This document shows positions 8,620 to 18,001 of a stretch of 32,006 nucleotides of DNA, in pieces (positions within the stretch are counted from its first letter, which is position 1; each line of letters starts with the position of its first letter). A model generated the notes under the pieces. The model was not told the origin of the DNA and searched no databases. It was given only the letters and a program-made list of their open reading frames with translations. The translations under genes and the position numbers were made by a program. The DNA is from Cyclobacteriaceae bacterium (GTDB lineage Bacteria > Bacteroidota > Bacteroidia > Cytophagales > Cyclobacteriaceae). The stretch is taken from NCBI GenBank assembly GCA_035764995.1, contig DASTYM010000445.1, forward strand, positions 1 to 32,006. The letters run 5' to 3'.

Positions 8620-10464
8620 TTGAAACATATTTTTACGTTGCTGCTTTCACTGGTCGTGGGAGTAGTTGCCCAATCACAATCCAAGTCATTTCCGATTGAT
8701 CACCGCCATCACCTGGAACTGCTGGGGACGGCTAAGGATTCACTTTACCAGCAAATAGTAGATCGCTACGATCAATACATTCGTGAGAACCCTCTGCATG
8801 TAAAAGTGCAGCTGGAGCGATGTAAGTTTATCCAGTATGCCTACTACGATGAGTACGAAGAATACAATCCGAACGAAGAAGCAGCAGAGGAATGTGCCCG
8901 GAAATTACTGAGCGCATTTCCTGAAAATCCGGAAGCTATGTTGTACGCCACCAATTTTTTGTATGGCGACACCCTCTATAACTACCTCGTTCACCTGGAA
9001 GGATTAGCTGAATTTGACTCGGGGGCATGGAAGGACTTCCGTTGGGACATTCATCAACAATTAGCCTATCAATATAATTATGGTGAAAGAGAAGATCATG
9101 ACATGGTAATCCTGTATGGTCTTAAGGCGATGGCATCCAATGATTCGCTCGATCTTTCCGCCATGGTGGCTGAATCCTATCAAAAGCAAAACAATAAAGA
9201 ACTGGGCGTTAAAATTATTCTGGAACACTTTGATTCTACAAATGGAGCATGGGAGTTAAATAGAAAAGCCCAACTGTTGCTGGAGTTTGGTGAATCAACC
9301 AAAGCAATGGAACTATTCCGACTTGCAGCGCTGCGTGACTCCGTGAATGAAAATGCAAGCTTGCTGGCAAAGGCTATGATTGAAAACGGGTTGATTGCTG
9401 AAGCACGCGACTATCTGGTGAAAGCTTACAAAACGGGAGGGCAATGGCAGGAGGATGAACACCTGTTCGATCTCCTTAATTATGATATTCAATATGGAAC
9501 GGCTGACTCCGCCAGTGCTACTTACCGCAAATTTACAGCCTCACATTTCTATAACGACCCGGTTGGCCTGTACCGATTGAGGATGATCGCTAAAGCCCCA
9601 CTCATGGGCTGGACGTTTGGAGACATCGGAAGAGTGTTACTTTTTGTTGCTGCAATTATCATTGTTTTGATTGTCCCCTACCTGTGGGTTCTACCTATTC
9701 ACTACATCGGGAATTACCTGAAGCAAAAAGGGAAAGTTTTTGACGATGCCACATTCCGCTGGACCTTAAGACACTTTTGGATAGCGTGTTCCATTTGGTT
9801 CTTTTGCGATGTACTTACTGTCATCTTGTTCGACTACCCGGTTATTATATCCTGGTTCAATGACAAGTTTACCAGCGAGGGATATGAATTAATCAGTAAT
9901 CACTATGCGAATCTTACGCTGTTTTTTTCATGTGTAGTCATGTTGTTCACATTTATATTCTTGAACTGGGAGGATATCACACGCTTTTTTCTTAAGCTCC
10001 GTTCAAACACCGGGTTGATTTGGAAAGGCATTGGCATAGCCTTTCTGTTACGCTTTGGTTTTGGAATTTACTATGTAGTGTTAAAGCTGTTTGGTATCGA
10101 TTTAAAGGTGAATGCATCCGGTTTTGCAAGCGTTACAGATTCTGTTGTTTCAATCAATCAATTTTATCATCCCTTGTTGGGCTTGTTGATCGTAGCAATC
10201 ATTGTTCCCATTTATGAGGAGATTTTATTCCGTGGAGTCTTCCTTTCGGCATGCCAACGCAACATGACATTCTATGCAGCTAATATTTTACAAGCAATTG
10301 CTTTTGCATCATTGCATGATGATTACCGGCTGCTTCCATTTTACATTGCCTTTGCCATGGCAGGTGGTTACTTTACTCGCAAGACAGGCAGTTTGATTAC
10401 AAGTGTATCCATGCACATGACTAACAATTTACTGGTGTTTATTGGTATAGTCTTTACACACTAG
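8620..10464 (+). CDS. TPR-like N-terminal domain fused to CPBP (CAAX/Abi) intramembrane protease
   Basis: TTG start; a stop lies 27 nt upstream in frame and there is no ATG within the signal peptide MKHIFTLLLSLVVGVVAQSQ. About 320-aa helical-repeat region, then about 8 TM helices with the CPBP motifs YEEILFRGV, FASLHD, HMTNN. Confidence 0.75.
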   Translation: MKHIFTLLLSLVVGVVAQSQSKSFPIDHRHHLELLGTAKDSLYQQIVDRYDQYIRENPLHVKVQLERCKFIQYAYYDEYEEYNPNEEAAEECARKLLSAFPENPEAMLYATNFLYGDTLYNYLVHLEGLAEFDSGAWKDFRWDIHQQLAYQYNYGEREDHDMVILYGLKAMASNDSLDLSAMVAESYQKQNNKELGVKIILEHFDSTNGAWELNRKAQLLLEFGESTKAMELFRLAALRDSVNENASLLAKAMIENGLIAEARDYLVKAYKTGGQWQEDEHLFDLLNYDIQYGTADSASATYRKFTASHFYNDPVGLYRLRMIAKAPLMGWTFGDIGRVLLFVAAIIIVLIVPYLWVLPIHYIGNYLKQKGKVFDDATFRWTLRHFWIACSIWFFCDVLTVILFDYPVIISWFNDKFTSEGYELISNHYANLTLFFSCVVMLFTFIFLNWEDITRFFLKLRSNTGLIWKGIGIAFLLRFGFGIYYVVLKLFGIDLKVNASGFASVTDSVVSINQFYHPLLGLLIVAIIVPIYEEILFRGVFLSACQRNMTFYAANILQAIAFASLHDDYRLLPFYIAFAMAGGYFTRKTGSLITSVSMHMTNNLLVFIGIVFTH

Positions 10465-10517
10465 TTATTCGCGGTCCCGATATTTATCGGGATGCCGCGA
10501 TCTCACTCAGACTCCTC
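10464..10517 (+). repeat. REP-like hairpin element, degenerate copy with nested palindrome
   Basis: gttattcgcgg-[tcccgata tt tatcggga]-tgccgcgatctcactcagactcctc. Outer stem tcgcgg/ccgcga, inner 8-bp-arm palindrome at 10475-10492. Confidence 0.55.
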
Positions 10518-10552
10518 AATAGTTCGGACTCTTCACCACATCTCATTGAGGC

Positions 10553-10572
10553 CCCCGGCACTATGGCCGGGG
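10553..10572. terminator. GC hairpin between convergent genes
   Basis: ccccggc-actatg-gccgggg; no clear T-run. Confidence 0.35.
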
Positions 10573-10586
10573 ACTTACTTAGTTAA

Positions 10587-11405
10587 TTAATAAAAAAACT
10601 GTTCTTGCACAATCTTCCCATTCTTCACTTCATACATCATAATCTGATTGAATTGCAACCGGCCGAGGCCTTGTACTGTGATATCGACCTCGCGGGCAAC
10701 GGCAAAGTGGTTGGCGCCTATAATGGGTGTTGATGTTTTCCGGTGATGCGCTGCTTCAATACGCTTGACCCACTCCTCGCCTTTCTTGCGTACGTTTGCT
10801 TTACCCTCTGTTCTGCCAGGAAGGAATTTCGAAGTTGGCTCCACGCTACGAACATCATCTGCAAAAAGTTCGTCCTGGATTTCAAACCATTTTTCTTGTT
10901 GAGCCAACTCATTGAAACGTAAGGCTACTTCATGAGTGGTGTACGTTTTTTCTTTTGCGTTGGGTAGGCCTTTCCCTGTGGCAAGTAACTGCACCAAGCT
11001 TTTCGTGAGGTATTGCGTCCATCCCGCTGTGCAGGCGCTGTAGCATTCATATTCCGGCACGAGGCCTACATGCGTAAAATGCAATTGCGTCTGTTTACCT
11101 TGCTCCGAAATTTCAAAATTGACAACCGTATTTTTCCATTCCTCCGTTTTGTCTTGCGTAAAGCTGAAATAGTTCTCTAAAATCTGCCACACAACTTTCT
11201 TATCAGGAATAACTTCAATCAATTTGATTTTGCACCGATGCATGTCCTGATAAGCATAATCAAACTCATCGTTGAGTTTAGCAGTGTTACCTTTGATGTC
11301 CTCCGACCACCATCCGCGTACGTTAGTGATAGCGTTGAAGACGTCTGAAGGGGTTTTGTCTGTGGATATTGTGAGAGAGAAATTTTGGTCTTTCATATGT
11401 TGCAT
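10587..11405 (-). CDS. SRPBCC (AHSA1/START-like) domain fused to NTF2/SnoaL-like domain
   Basis: The N-terminal half is paralogous to ORF 11614..12072 (SDVFNAITNVRGWWSEDIKG vs [20 protein letters not shown]; LIEVIPDKKVVWQ vs [13 protein letters not shown]). The C-terminal about 120 aa looks like a SnoaL-type fold. Confidence 0.6.
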   Translation of the reverse strand: MQHMKDQNFSLTISTDKTPSDVFNAITNVRGWWSEDIKGNTAKLNDEFDYAYQDMHRCKIKLIEVIPDKKVVWQILENYFSFTQDKTEEWKNTVVNFEISEQGKQTQLHFTHVGLVPEYECYSACTAGWTQYLTKSLVQLLATGKGLPNAKEKTYTTHEVALRFNELAQQEKWFEIQDELFADDVRSVEPTSKFLPGRTEGKANVRKKGEEWVKRIEAAHHRKTSTPIIGANHFAVAREVDITVQGLGRLQFNQIMMYEVKNGKIVQEQFFY

Positions 11406-11520
11406 GTTTTATTGTTTAATCCGTTTATTAAAAGCTACAAGCTGCAAGCCTTATGCTTCAAGCTTGTTTTGGCTTCGAGTTATGAGTTATGAGTTTCGAG
11501 CCTTGAGTCTTAATCCCTAT

Positions 11521-11576
11521 GTCATCGCGGACTGCATGTGCTGTTGGATGTGGGTGATCCGCGATCTATTCGGAGG
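11521..11576 (+). repeat. REP-like hairpin element (C-type stem)
   Basis: gtcatCgcggA...TccgcGatctattcggagg. Confidence 0.7.
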
Positions 11577-11613
11577 ACCGTTCCTCAATTCCCTCTACTC
11601 CTATACTCCTAAT

Positions 11614-12072
11614 TCAAGCCTCAAGCTTCGCTCCCACCGGAGTTGGTTGCCCCTTTCCTGTCTCAATAAATAATAGCAGGCTCTCCTTCAAATAATAATT
11701 CCAACCATTATAGCAATCATTATAACATTCGATGGTAGGAACGAGACCCTCGTGCGTGAACTTGATTTGCGTTTTATTTCCCTTCGTGGAAATCTCGAAA
11801 ATATTTTTAGTGCCAGTCCATTCGCTTTTGTTACTCAGGAAGTTCAGTTTGCTGGCCATCACTTGCCACACGATTTTTTTGTTTGGAACAACCTCGATCA
11901 GCTTGTGTTTGGAATAGTGAACGTCTCCGAAAAAGGTAACTTCAAAAACATCGTTCAGCTTTTGCGATTTGCCTTTAAAATCTTCCGACCACCACGAAGG
12001 CACGTTATTGATTGCGTTGAATACTTCTTCCGGGGATTTAATTGTTGTTAACGTTAATGTGTAGTTGTTCAT
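11614..12072 (-). CDS. SRPBCC (AHSA1/START-like) family protein
   Basis: 152 aa, paralogue of the N-terminal half of the neighbouring gene. Confidence 0.65.
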   Translation of the reverse strand: MNNYTLTLTTIKSPEEVFNAINNVPSWWSEDFKGKSQKLNDVFEVTFFGDVHYSKHKLIEVVPNKKIVWQVMASKLNFLSNKSEWTGTKNIFEISTKGNKTQIKFTHEGLVPTIECYNDCYNGWNYYLKESLLLFIETGKGQPTPVGAKLEA

Positions 12073-12224
12073 AGTTTCCGTTATTTATTTGTCTCGTGTT
12101 TAGCCACAAGCCGAGTTTTGAGCTTGCCTATTGCCATTTGCCTACTGCTTCTGCTTTGCTTACTGCCTTCTGTTTTGTCTTGAACAAATTTATTTTTCAA
12201 TACTTGCTTTATAGGGGTGCAAAA

Positions 12225-12256
12225 TGGACATTGTTACGGGTTGATTTGGACATTGT
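12225..12256. promoter_or_regulatory. direct repeat tggacattgt x2 (22-bp register), candidate AraC-type operator
   Basis: Copies at 12225-12234 and 12247-12256 in the divergent region between the SRPBCC gene and the AraC-family gene. The second copy abuts the -33 position of the TAccTTTG box. Confidence 0.35.
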
Positions 12257-12264
12257 CTAATTTC

Positions 12265-12272
12265 TACCTTTG
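12265..12272 (+). promoter_or_regulatory. Bacteroidota -7 promoter box TAccTTTG
   Basis: TAnnTTTG match. If used, it gives a leader of about 260 nt containing the REP-like dimer before the ATG at 12540. Confidence 0.35.
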
Positions 12273-12361
12273 TGGTGAGAATTAATATCTGCCAAGTTGG
12301 GGGATTTCGAAGGAGTTAGGAGTTAAGTAGATTAAGTAGATATGGAGTCACTGCCTAATAC

Positions 12362-12418
12362 GTCATTGCGGACGGCACGTGCTGCGAGGATGTGGGTGAT
12401 CCGCAATTTATTCGGAGG
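12362..12418 (+). repeat. REP-like hairpin element (T-type stem), left half of inverted dimer
   Basis: gtcatTgcggA...TccgcAatttattcggaggg. Confidence 0.7.
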
Positions 12419-12433
12419 GCATTATACCATTAA

Positions 12434-12483
12434 GAAGATCGCGGATCTCGCTCGTTCCTCCTGCACAACCGTCCGCGATGACG
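12434..12483 (-). repeat. REP-like hairpin element (C-type stem), right half of inverted dimer
   Basis: Reverse complement reads gtcatCgcggA...TccgcGatcttc. Confidence 0.7.
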
Positions 12484-12539
12484 TAACAAAAAAAGCTTGA
12501 GACTTGTGACTTAAGATTAAACATCAACGAAATAAAGAA

Positions 12540-13526
12540 ATGAAACATCTAACCATCCTCGTCCCAAATGGCCAAAACAATCTCAGCAGCATTGTTGGTG
12601 CTTATAAAATATTCACACGAGCTAATGATAATTGGAAAAAGACCGGAAAGAGGGAAGTCTTTAAGAAAATTGAACTGGCTGGACTTTCAAAGAAAGTAGA
12701 GTTTTACGGTGGGTTGTTTAACGTGAAACCTCACCTCTCCATTAGTGAAATCAAGAAAACGGATCTCATTATTATCCCTTCCTTGAATCATAATTATCAT
12801 ATAGCTGTGAAAGAAAACAAATTGATGGTTGAATGGGTTGAGAGGCAGTATAACAAAGGCGCAGAGGTCGCCAGCATTTGTACGGGTGCGTTTATGCTTG
12901 CTTCGTCCGGATTATTGGACGGAAAGAGTTGCTCTACTCACTGGTCGGCAGCAGAAAGTTTCAAAGCTCAATTTCCTGATGTGAATCTGCAGGTAGACAA
13001 ATTGATCACAGATGAAAAAGGAATCTATACTAATGGTGGCGCCTACTCCTTCCTTAACTTAATCCTATACCTGGTAGAAAAATACTTCGACCGGCAAACT
13101 GCAATTTTCTGCTCAAAGGTTTTTCAAATTGAACTTGACAGACAAAGCCAATCCGAGTTCGCCATTTTCACCGGCCAGAAACAGCATGGAGATGAGATGG
13201 TGCAGAAAGCCCAAGCCTACATTGAAAGCAAACTGCACGAAAAATTATCCATCGAAAAGCTATCCGATAAGTTCTCTGTAGGCAGGCGCAACTTCGACAG
13301 ACGCTTTATCAAAGCCACCGGAAACACTCCTGTGGAATACGCACAGCGCGTAAAAATTGAATCGGCCAAGAAGGCGTTTGAAACAAGCAGGAAAACTATT
13401 CAACAGGTAATGTACGATGTTGGATATTCTGATGTGAAGGCGTTTCGTGAAGTGTTTAGGAAAATTACAGGGATGTCTCCTTTGGAGTATAGGGGGAAGT
13501 ATAATAAACAACTAGCTCTTAGCTGA
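12540..13526 (+). CDS. GlxA-type transcriptional regulator (DJ-1/PfpI domain + AraC HTH)
   Basis: N-terminal class-I glutamine-amidotransferase-like/DJ-1 pattern (ASICTGAFMLASSGLLDG), C-terminal AraC HTH (..LSDKFSVGRRNFDRRFIKATGNTPVEYAQRVKIESAKK...VGYSDVKAFREVFRKITGMSPLEYR). Confidence 0.85.
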   Translation: MKHLTILVPNGQNNLSSIVGAYKIFTRANDNWKKTGKREVFKKIELAGLSKKVEFYGGLFNVKPHLSISEIKKTDLIIIPSLNHNYHIAVKENKLMVEWVERQYNKGAEVASICTGAFMLASSGLLDGKSCSTHWSAAESFKAQFPDVNLQVDKLITDEKGIYTNGGAYSFLNLILYLVEKYFDRQTAIFCSKVFQIELDRQSQSEFAIFTGQKQHGDEMVQKAQAYIESKLHEKLSIEKLSDKFSVGRRNFDRRFIKATGNTPVEYAQRVKIESAKKAFETSRKTIQQVMYDVGYSDVKAFREVFRKITGMSPLEYRGKYNKQLALS

Positions 13527-13648
13527 TAGCCGATGGCTGTTAGCTATTAGCTCCAGGTTTGTTCGATTATACTATATGTCTAAACGCGAAGCGACAAATT
13601 ACTATGGCTAATGAATAATCATTAACTTTCGCATGCCAACCCCTTTTT

Positions 13649-14377
13649 ATGAAAACTCTCACTGCGCCAATCGTGGCATTGCTATGTGTTGCCTGCGCCT
13701 CTCAAGGAAGCAATGAAACAAGTTCCAACGATTCCACGGCTGTCGACAGTACGGCTGCAATCACACAAACAGTATCAACGCAGGAAGCAGAACAACCTGG
13801 CGAAGCAGGTGAAAGTTATCCGGATGAAGATATCAGTATGCTTGATGTTCGTTATGATTCCTGTAAACAGGCGGTTGAATCACTGGAGCAAATTTATCGG
13901 GTTGATATCTCAACGAGCCAGTATGAAGCAGGCTCTTCCGTTACCTGGTACTTTGACACGAATTTCAAACCACTCTATTTCAGTATGGAATGGTCGGCAG
14001 AAGGTAACGAGGGCTCAACTGAACTAGTTATTTCTGATGAGACAGTTATATGCGCAAAAAATGAGGAATACAATACTTCCGAAAAATGGACCATCCAAAC
14101 AGGAGGCTATCGACTTACCTACGGTGATGAAGAATCAAGTATTCCAACCGACTCAACTTTCCTCTATAATCAATTCGGTGATTCTCAAAATGAAGCGTTA
14201 CAGGGATTTCTCAAAACACTGATGGCTGTTTTGGCTGAAGCAGAACTTGTTGGGTCAGAGGGCAGCAACTTCATTCTTAAAACAGAGCGGGTTGTAAACT
14301 ATGGTGGAGAGTTTACTGAAACGACTAACGTAACGATTGACAAGAATCTCTACACGGAATGGATGGGCGGAGAATAG
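13649..14377 (+). CDS. hypothetical lipoprotein
   Basis: Lipobox LLCVACAS followed by an acidic low-complexity linker. No recognised domain. Confidence 0.45.
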   Translation: MKTLTAPIVALLCVACASQGSNETSSNDSTAVDSTAAITQTVSTQEAEQPGEAGESYPDEDISMLDVRYDSCKQAVESLEQIYRVDISTSQYEAGSSVTWYFDTNFKPLYFSMEWSAEGNEGSTELVISDETVICAKNEEYNTSEKWTIQTGGYRLTYGDEESSIPTDSTFLYNQFGDSQNEALQGFLKTLMAVLAEAELVGSEGSNFILKTERVVNYGGEFTETTNVTIDKNLYTEWMGGE

Positions 14378-14435
14378 CAGCCGAGAGCGATAACAAGGGC
14401 TGTGCAACATCAAACAAGCAAGGAAAGACAGGCAA

Positions 14436-14858
14436 CTACTCTCCCACTTTTTTCAACTTAAACGCAGGTCTGCCCTCTTTTGCACAACTCTCACCAATCG
14501 CATAGTCTCCAACAAGCTCACCATTTTTAAGCCATGCATTATATCGAAACACTTCTCCGTCAATTCTTTTTCCGAAGAAGTGAAACTTGTTAGTGGAGCA
14601 TAGGCTGGCATCAGCAAAAGCCTTACCCGGCATGAGCGCTGCATTCGTGATGCTTACTTTCAGTTCGTTGTTGGTTTCATAAAATTTAATGAATAATGAA
14701 TAGGTTCTCGCATTATCCACAAACTCCCCCTTCCACTCTCCCAGCAGGGCATGCATTTTTTGTACATCGGCCGGAGATGCTTTTTGGTTACAGGATTGAG
14801 CGTTACCATTTGCTGCCATAGCGAGCAAAACAAGGATAGTGAGGCTGATCTTGTTCAT
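14436..14858 (-). CDS. hypothetical secreted protein
   Basis: Signal peptide MNKISLTILVLLAMAANGNAQ. No recognised domain. Confidence 0.45.
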   Translation of the reverse strand: MNKISLTILVLLAMAANGNAQSCNQKASPADVQKMHALLGEWKGEFVDNARTYSLFIKFYETNNELKVSITNAALMPGKAFADASLCSTNKFHFFGKRIDGEVFRYNAWLKNGELVGDYAIGESCAKEGRPAFKLKKVGE

Positions 14859-15051
14859 GATTATTGGGCCTTTGTTGTAGGATGATGCTGAGGTAAAAAA
14901 AGTTGTCTGAACTTGTGATTTATCTGATTCAATGATCCGCTGATTTGCTCACCTTTGCGGTAGGCTTGGACTTAGAACTAAATTTAATCCACATGTGTTA
15001 GGAAGGATTAAACTTCAACTTAACAAATTCAACTTTAACAAAATCATACCT

Positions 15052-15519
15052 ATGACTACGCTTGACATTTGTCTTTTACAATGGGACACCTACAACAACA
15101 GAATGCAAAAGGTGCTTGACACTATCTCCGATGAAAACTTTAACAAACCCGTAGTTGTGGGAGCCAACTCTCCTTCCTGGATTCTTGGGCATCTGGCAGA
15201 TACTGATGATAAACTCCTTGAATTGTTTGGCATTCGTAAAAGATTGTATCCCGAGCTGGAAAAAATTTATCATCACGAACGTGGCACTAACCAATCTGGT
15301 CACCTGCCTAAAGCTCAACTGATCACCCAATGGAAAGCAATTCTGGCCGAACTTAATCGTTCATTTAAAGCAATGAGCGAAAGCGACTGGCACGGACGGC
15401 ACCTGGCTGTATCGGAAGAAGATTTTAAAAAAGAACCCCACCGCAATAAGCTCAATGTGATGCTGAGTCGGGTTTCGCATAAGGCTTCGCATTTGGGGCA
15501 GGTAGCGATGCAGAAGTAG
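15052..15519 (+). CDS. DinB-family (DinB_2) protein
   Basis: The ATG at 15052 is preferred over the TTG/GTG-extended ORF from 14995. HLADTDDKLL and HKASHLGQ histidine motifs fit the DinB four-helix family. Confidence 0.65.
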   Translation: MTTLDICLLQWDTYNNRMQKVLDTISDENFNKPVVVGANSPSWILGHLADTDDKLLELFGIRKRLYPELEKIYHHERGTNQSGHLPKAQLITQWKAILAELNRSFKAMSESDWHGRHLAVSEEDFKKEPHRNKLNVMLSRVSHKASHLGQVAMQK

Positions 15520-15581
15520 CTGTGAGCGCTGAATTAGGCCACAAGCTGCGAGCTTCAAGCCACAGCTCTGCTCCATTTCAC

Positions 15582-15637
15582 GTCATTGCGGGCAGCAGGT
15601 GCGTGGGTTTGTGCGTGACCCGCAATCTATTAGAAGA
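15582..15637 (+). repeat. REP-like hairpin element (T-type stem), left half of inverted dimer
   Basis: gtcatTgcggG...CccgcAatctattagaag. Confidence 0.7.
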
Positions 15638-15653
15638 TTCGATAAAGAGCATG

Positions 15654-15701
15654 AAGATCGCGGATCTCGCTCCATCCTCTACACATGCAGTCCGCGATGA
15701 C
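15654..15701 (-). repeat. REP-like hairpin element (C-type stem), right half of inverted dimer
   Basis: Reverse complement reads gtcatCgcggA...TccgcGatcttc. Very similar to the 12434-12483 copy. Confidence 0.7.
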
Positions 15702-15868
15702 GTTGGCTTTAAAAAAGTTTGTAGCTTGAGGCTTTACTCAAATTTCAATGTCGATAATTAAGCATAATGCTTACTTCCTCTTCAAACCTCGCTCAACAAT
15801 TTCAGCCTCAAGCTCTTCGTTGACACCTAAAAGCTTATAGCTTGAAGCTTAAGGCTTGAGGCTATTCC

Positions 15869-17995
15869 TTATTTCTTCTTAAACAAAAGCTTCATCTCAC
15901 TGAAATTATAAGCTGCATTTAAAAATTCCACTACGTTTTTCCACTGATCTTTTGGAACGTAGTTTACGCTGTAATACTTGTTGGTTTCAATGAGCACTTT
16001 GCCGCCTTGCACTTTTGCCGTGCTGGTAAAGCCGCCTGATTTGTGTTGAACTTTTGTAGTGAGTTTATCAACACCCTCTACCGTATAGCCCTGGGGAATG
16101 TCAATAGCAATGGTATTCACAAATGAACGTGCATTGCTGAAGTACACATTCGTTTTACGGGCAAGTTCTTCACCATCGATTTTAACCTGTGCTTCAATTA
16201 ATTTTCCGGCATCCATCAGGTAGTGCGGACCGGTTTTCTTCATCAGCGCATCTGTTTCGAATGTATAGCCATACTTCATGGCTGGCGCATCGTCATACCG
16301 GCCGGTTTGCTCAATAACTATATTTCCGGGGTTCTCAATTTTAAATTCATAGTCTTCTTCGATGGATCGCTTCAGCGCATCAGTTTTTCGAGTATCACGC
16401 TGGTCCATGTATGCTTTTTTCAGCGCCAGCTCCTGCTTCTTACGTTTAATGGGTTCATTCGTAAACTTTGCATTTTCTTCTTTTTCATAATCATAGTAAT
16501 CTATAAAGCTGTACTGGTCGAAAAGTTTATTACGGCCCATCAGATCTTTCTTCACGGTCAGTTTGGCTTTGCTCATGTCGGTGATCTGCACCTGCACGTT
16601 TACTTTTGCCTGGTGATCAGTACTGGTCAATACAGGCAGGGTAATTTTTTCACCAATCCATTTAGAGGATGATTCGAGCCCGTTAAACGCGTAAGCTTCG
16701 GTACCTTCGAGAGATTCACTGAATGTACCCGGCAGCGTGTAAGCATCGAATGGTGACAGGTACAAGTAGTCTTTCCCTTTCTTCACCCGGATAAGCCAGT
16801 CGAGTTCGTTTTCCATAATGATATCGTCAATCCTGGAAATTTCTCTGGACGCTCCCACGATCACATCATGCTCAATTTTCTTCTTTTTGAGGAATTGATG
16901 GAATACCGGCAGGAACCTCGACTCCCTTATCGTTCCGTCTTCATTACCTTCCCATACTTTAGGTTCAGCATATTTGAAGTATAATTCATTCCTGAGGTAG
17001 TAGTATGCCTTGGTAGCAACCTGAAAAGGATCAGTAACATCTTTGAGACTGGCTTTATCATATTTTTTGAGCTGATCAAGGTCATAGTATCCACCCGAGC
17101 CCGAAGACATACGCTGGGTAAGGTCGGTGAGTTCCTGTTTTGAAACACTCGTCTTGGCCTTTTTCACTTCTCCCAGCAATACATCGAAATGTTCAGCCAT
17201 TCCCTCATTGACGGAATAAGCGGCACGAAACTTAATAGTGGGTAGCTCACGGTATTTATAAATCCAGCGTTGGTCTTCCACGCTCTCCATGTTAGAGCCC
17301 TCAATGGAATAATACTCCTCATCGTTCTTTTCATCAGTAATAAGCTTAAACTCTGGCGCACCATTCACTGATTTAATATTGATGTAACATTTTCTGCTAG
17401 CCCGAAACTGAATCTTATAATTCATGATGGGATACTGATCAGGAATGCTGTAGATGACAGGCTGAAAAAATAAAATATAGCTCAAGATATCCTGTGTTTC
17501 CTCCGTACACAGGTAGTAATCGAGAATATCGCCCGGCTCAAGACCAGGAATTGCAATTTTATTATATGCTTGTTTTCTGCCGTTAACAGTCCTTTCCATT
17601 TTCACAGCTTTGGAGATGTCAACGATGGTTTCTTTGCCATTGGGTTTAATAACCTTGTAGCCTACAAACACATTATAGCCGAGGCTGCTCACGTCAAAAC
17701 TCATTTCAGAATATTTATCCACCGCGTTTTTATCGTTGAGTCGAATGCGATAATGGGCATAGTTATTTTCCTTCAGCAGTTTTGCCATCAAGACTTTACG
17801 GTATTCAAACCGGTTCATCTGCGCGATGATCACTGCTGATTTACCTGCCCAGTTTTGCGGAATATCTTTAATAGCAAAATTCTTATCACCGGAGTTCCAC
17901 ATTTCTTCTCTCAGCTCCTCTGCCCTGTCGGGAGGTGCAGCAAAAAGAGAACTCAATTGACATGAAATAAAAAGTAGTAGTAAAATCTTTTTCAT
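15869..17995 (-). CDS. DUF3857/DUF3858-type secreted protein, transglutaminase-like fold without catalytic Cys
   Basis: Signal peptide. Collinear with the downstream paralogue, but the segment aligned to YGDCKG...DNHMI reads ESRFLPV...ELDWLI, with no Cys or His. Confidence 0.6.
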   Translation of the reverse strand: MKKILLLLFISCQLSSLFAAPPDRAEELREEMWNSGDKNFAIKDIPQNWAGKSAVIIAQMNRFEYRKVLMAKLLKENNYAHYRIRLNDKNAVDKYSEMSFDVSSLGYNVFVGYKVIKPNGKETIVDISKAVKMERTVNGRKQAYNKIAIPGLEPGDILDYYLCTEETQDILSYILFFQPVIYSIPDQYPIMNYKIQFRASRKCYINIKSVNGAPEFKLITDEKNDEEYYSIEGSNMESVEDQRWIYKYRELPTIKFRAAYSVNEGMAEHFDVLLGEVKKAKTSVSKQELTDLTQRMSSGSGGYYDLDQLKKYDKASLKDVTDPFQVATKAYYYLRNELYFKYAEPKVWEGNEDGTIRESRFLPVFHQFLKKKKIEHDVIVGASREISRIDDIIMENELDWLIRVKKGKDYLYLSPFDAYTLPGTFSESLEGTEAYAFNGLESSSKWIGEKITLPVLTSTDHQAKVNVQVQITDMSKAKLTVKKDLMGRNKLFDQYSFIDYYDYEKEENAKFTNEPIKRKKQELALKKAYMDQRDTRKTDALKRSIEEDYEFKIENPGNIVIEQTGRYDDAPAMKYGYTFETDALMKKTGPHYLMDAGKLIEAQVKIDGEELARKTNVYFSNARSFVNTIAIDIPQGYTVEGVDKLTTKVQHKSGGFTSTAKVQGGKVLIETNKYYSVNYVPKDQWKNVVEFLNAAYNFSEMKLLFKKK

Positions 17996-18001
17996 CGGAG
18001 A

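Noticed and set aside
15522-15761. 79-aa ORF (and likewise 11272..11673, 133 aa) lying in intergenic DNA
   Set aside because: Both are translations straight through the REP-like hairpins and word-like repeats. They have odd composition, no start context, and strand and position that conflict with the repeat structure, so they are treated as spurious.
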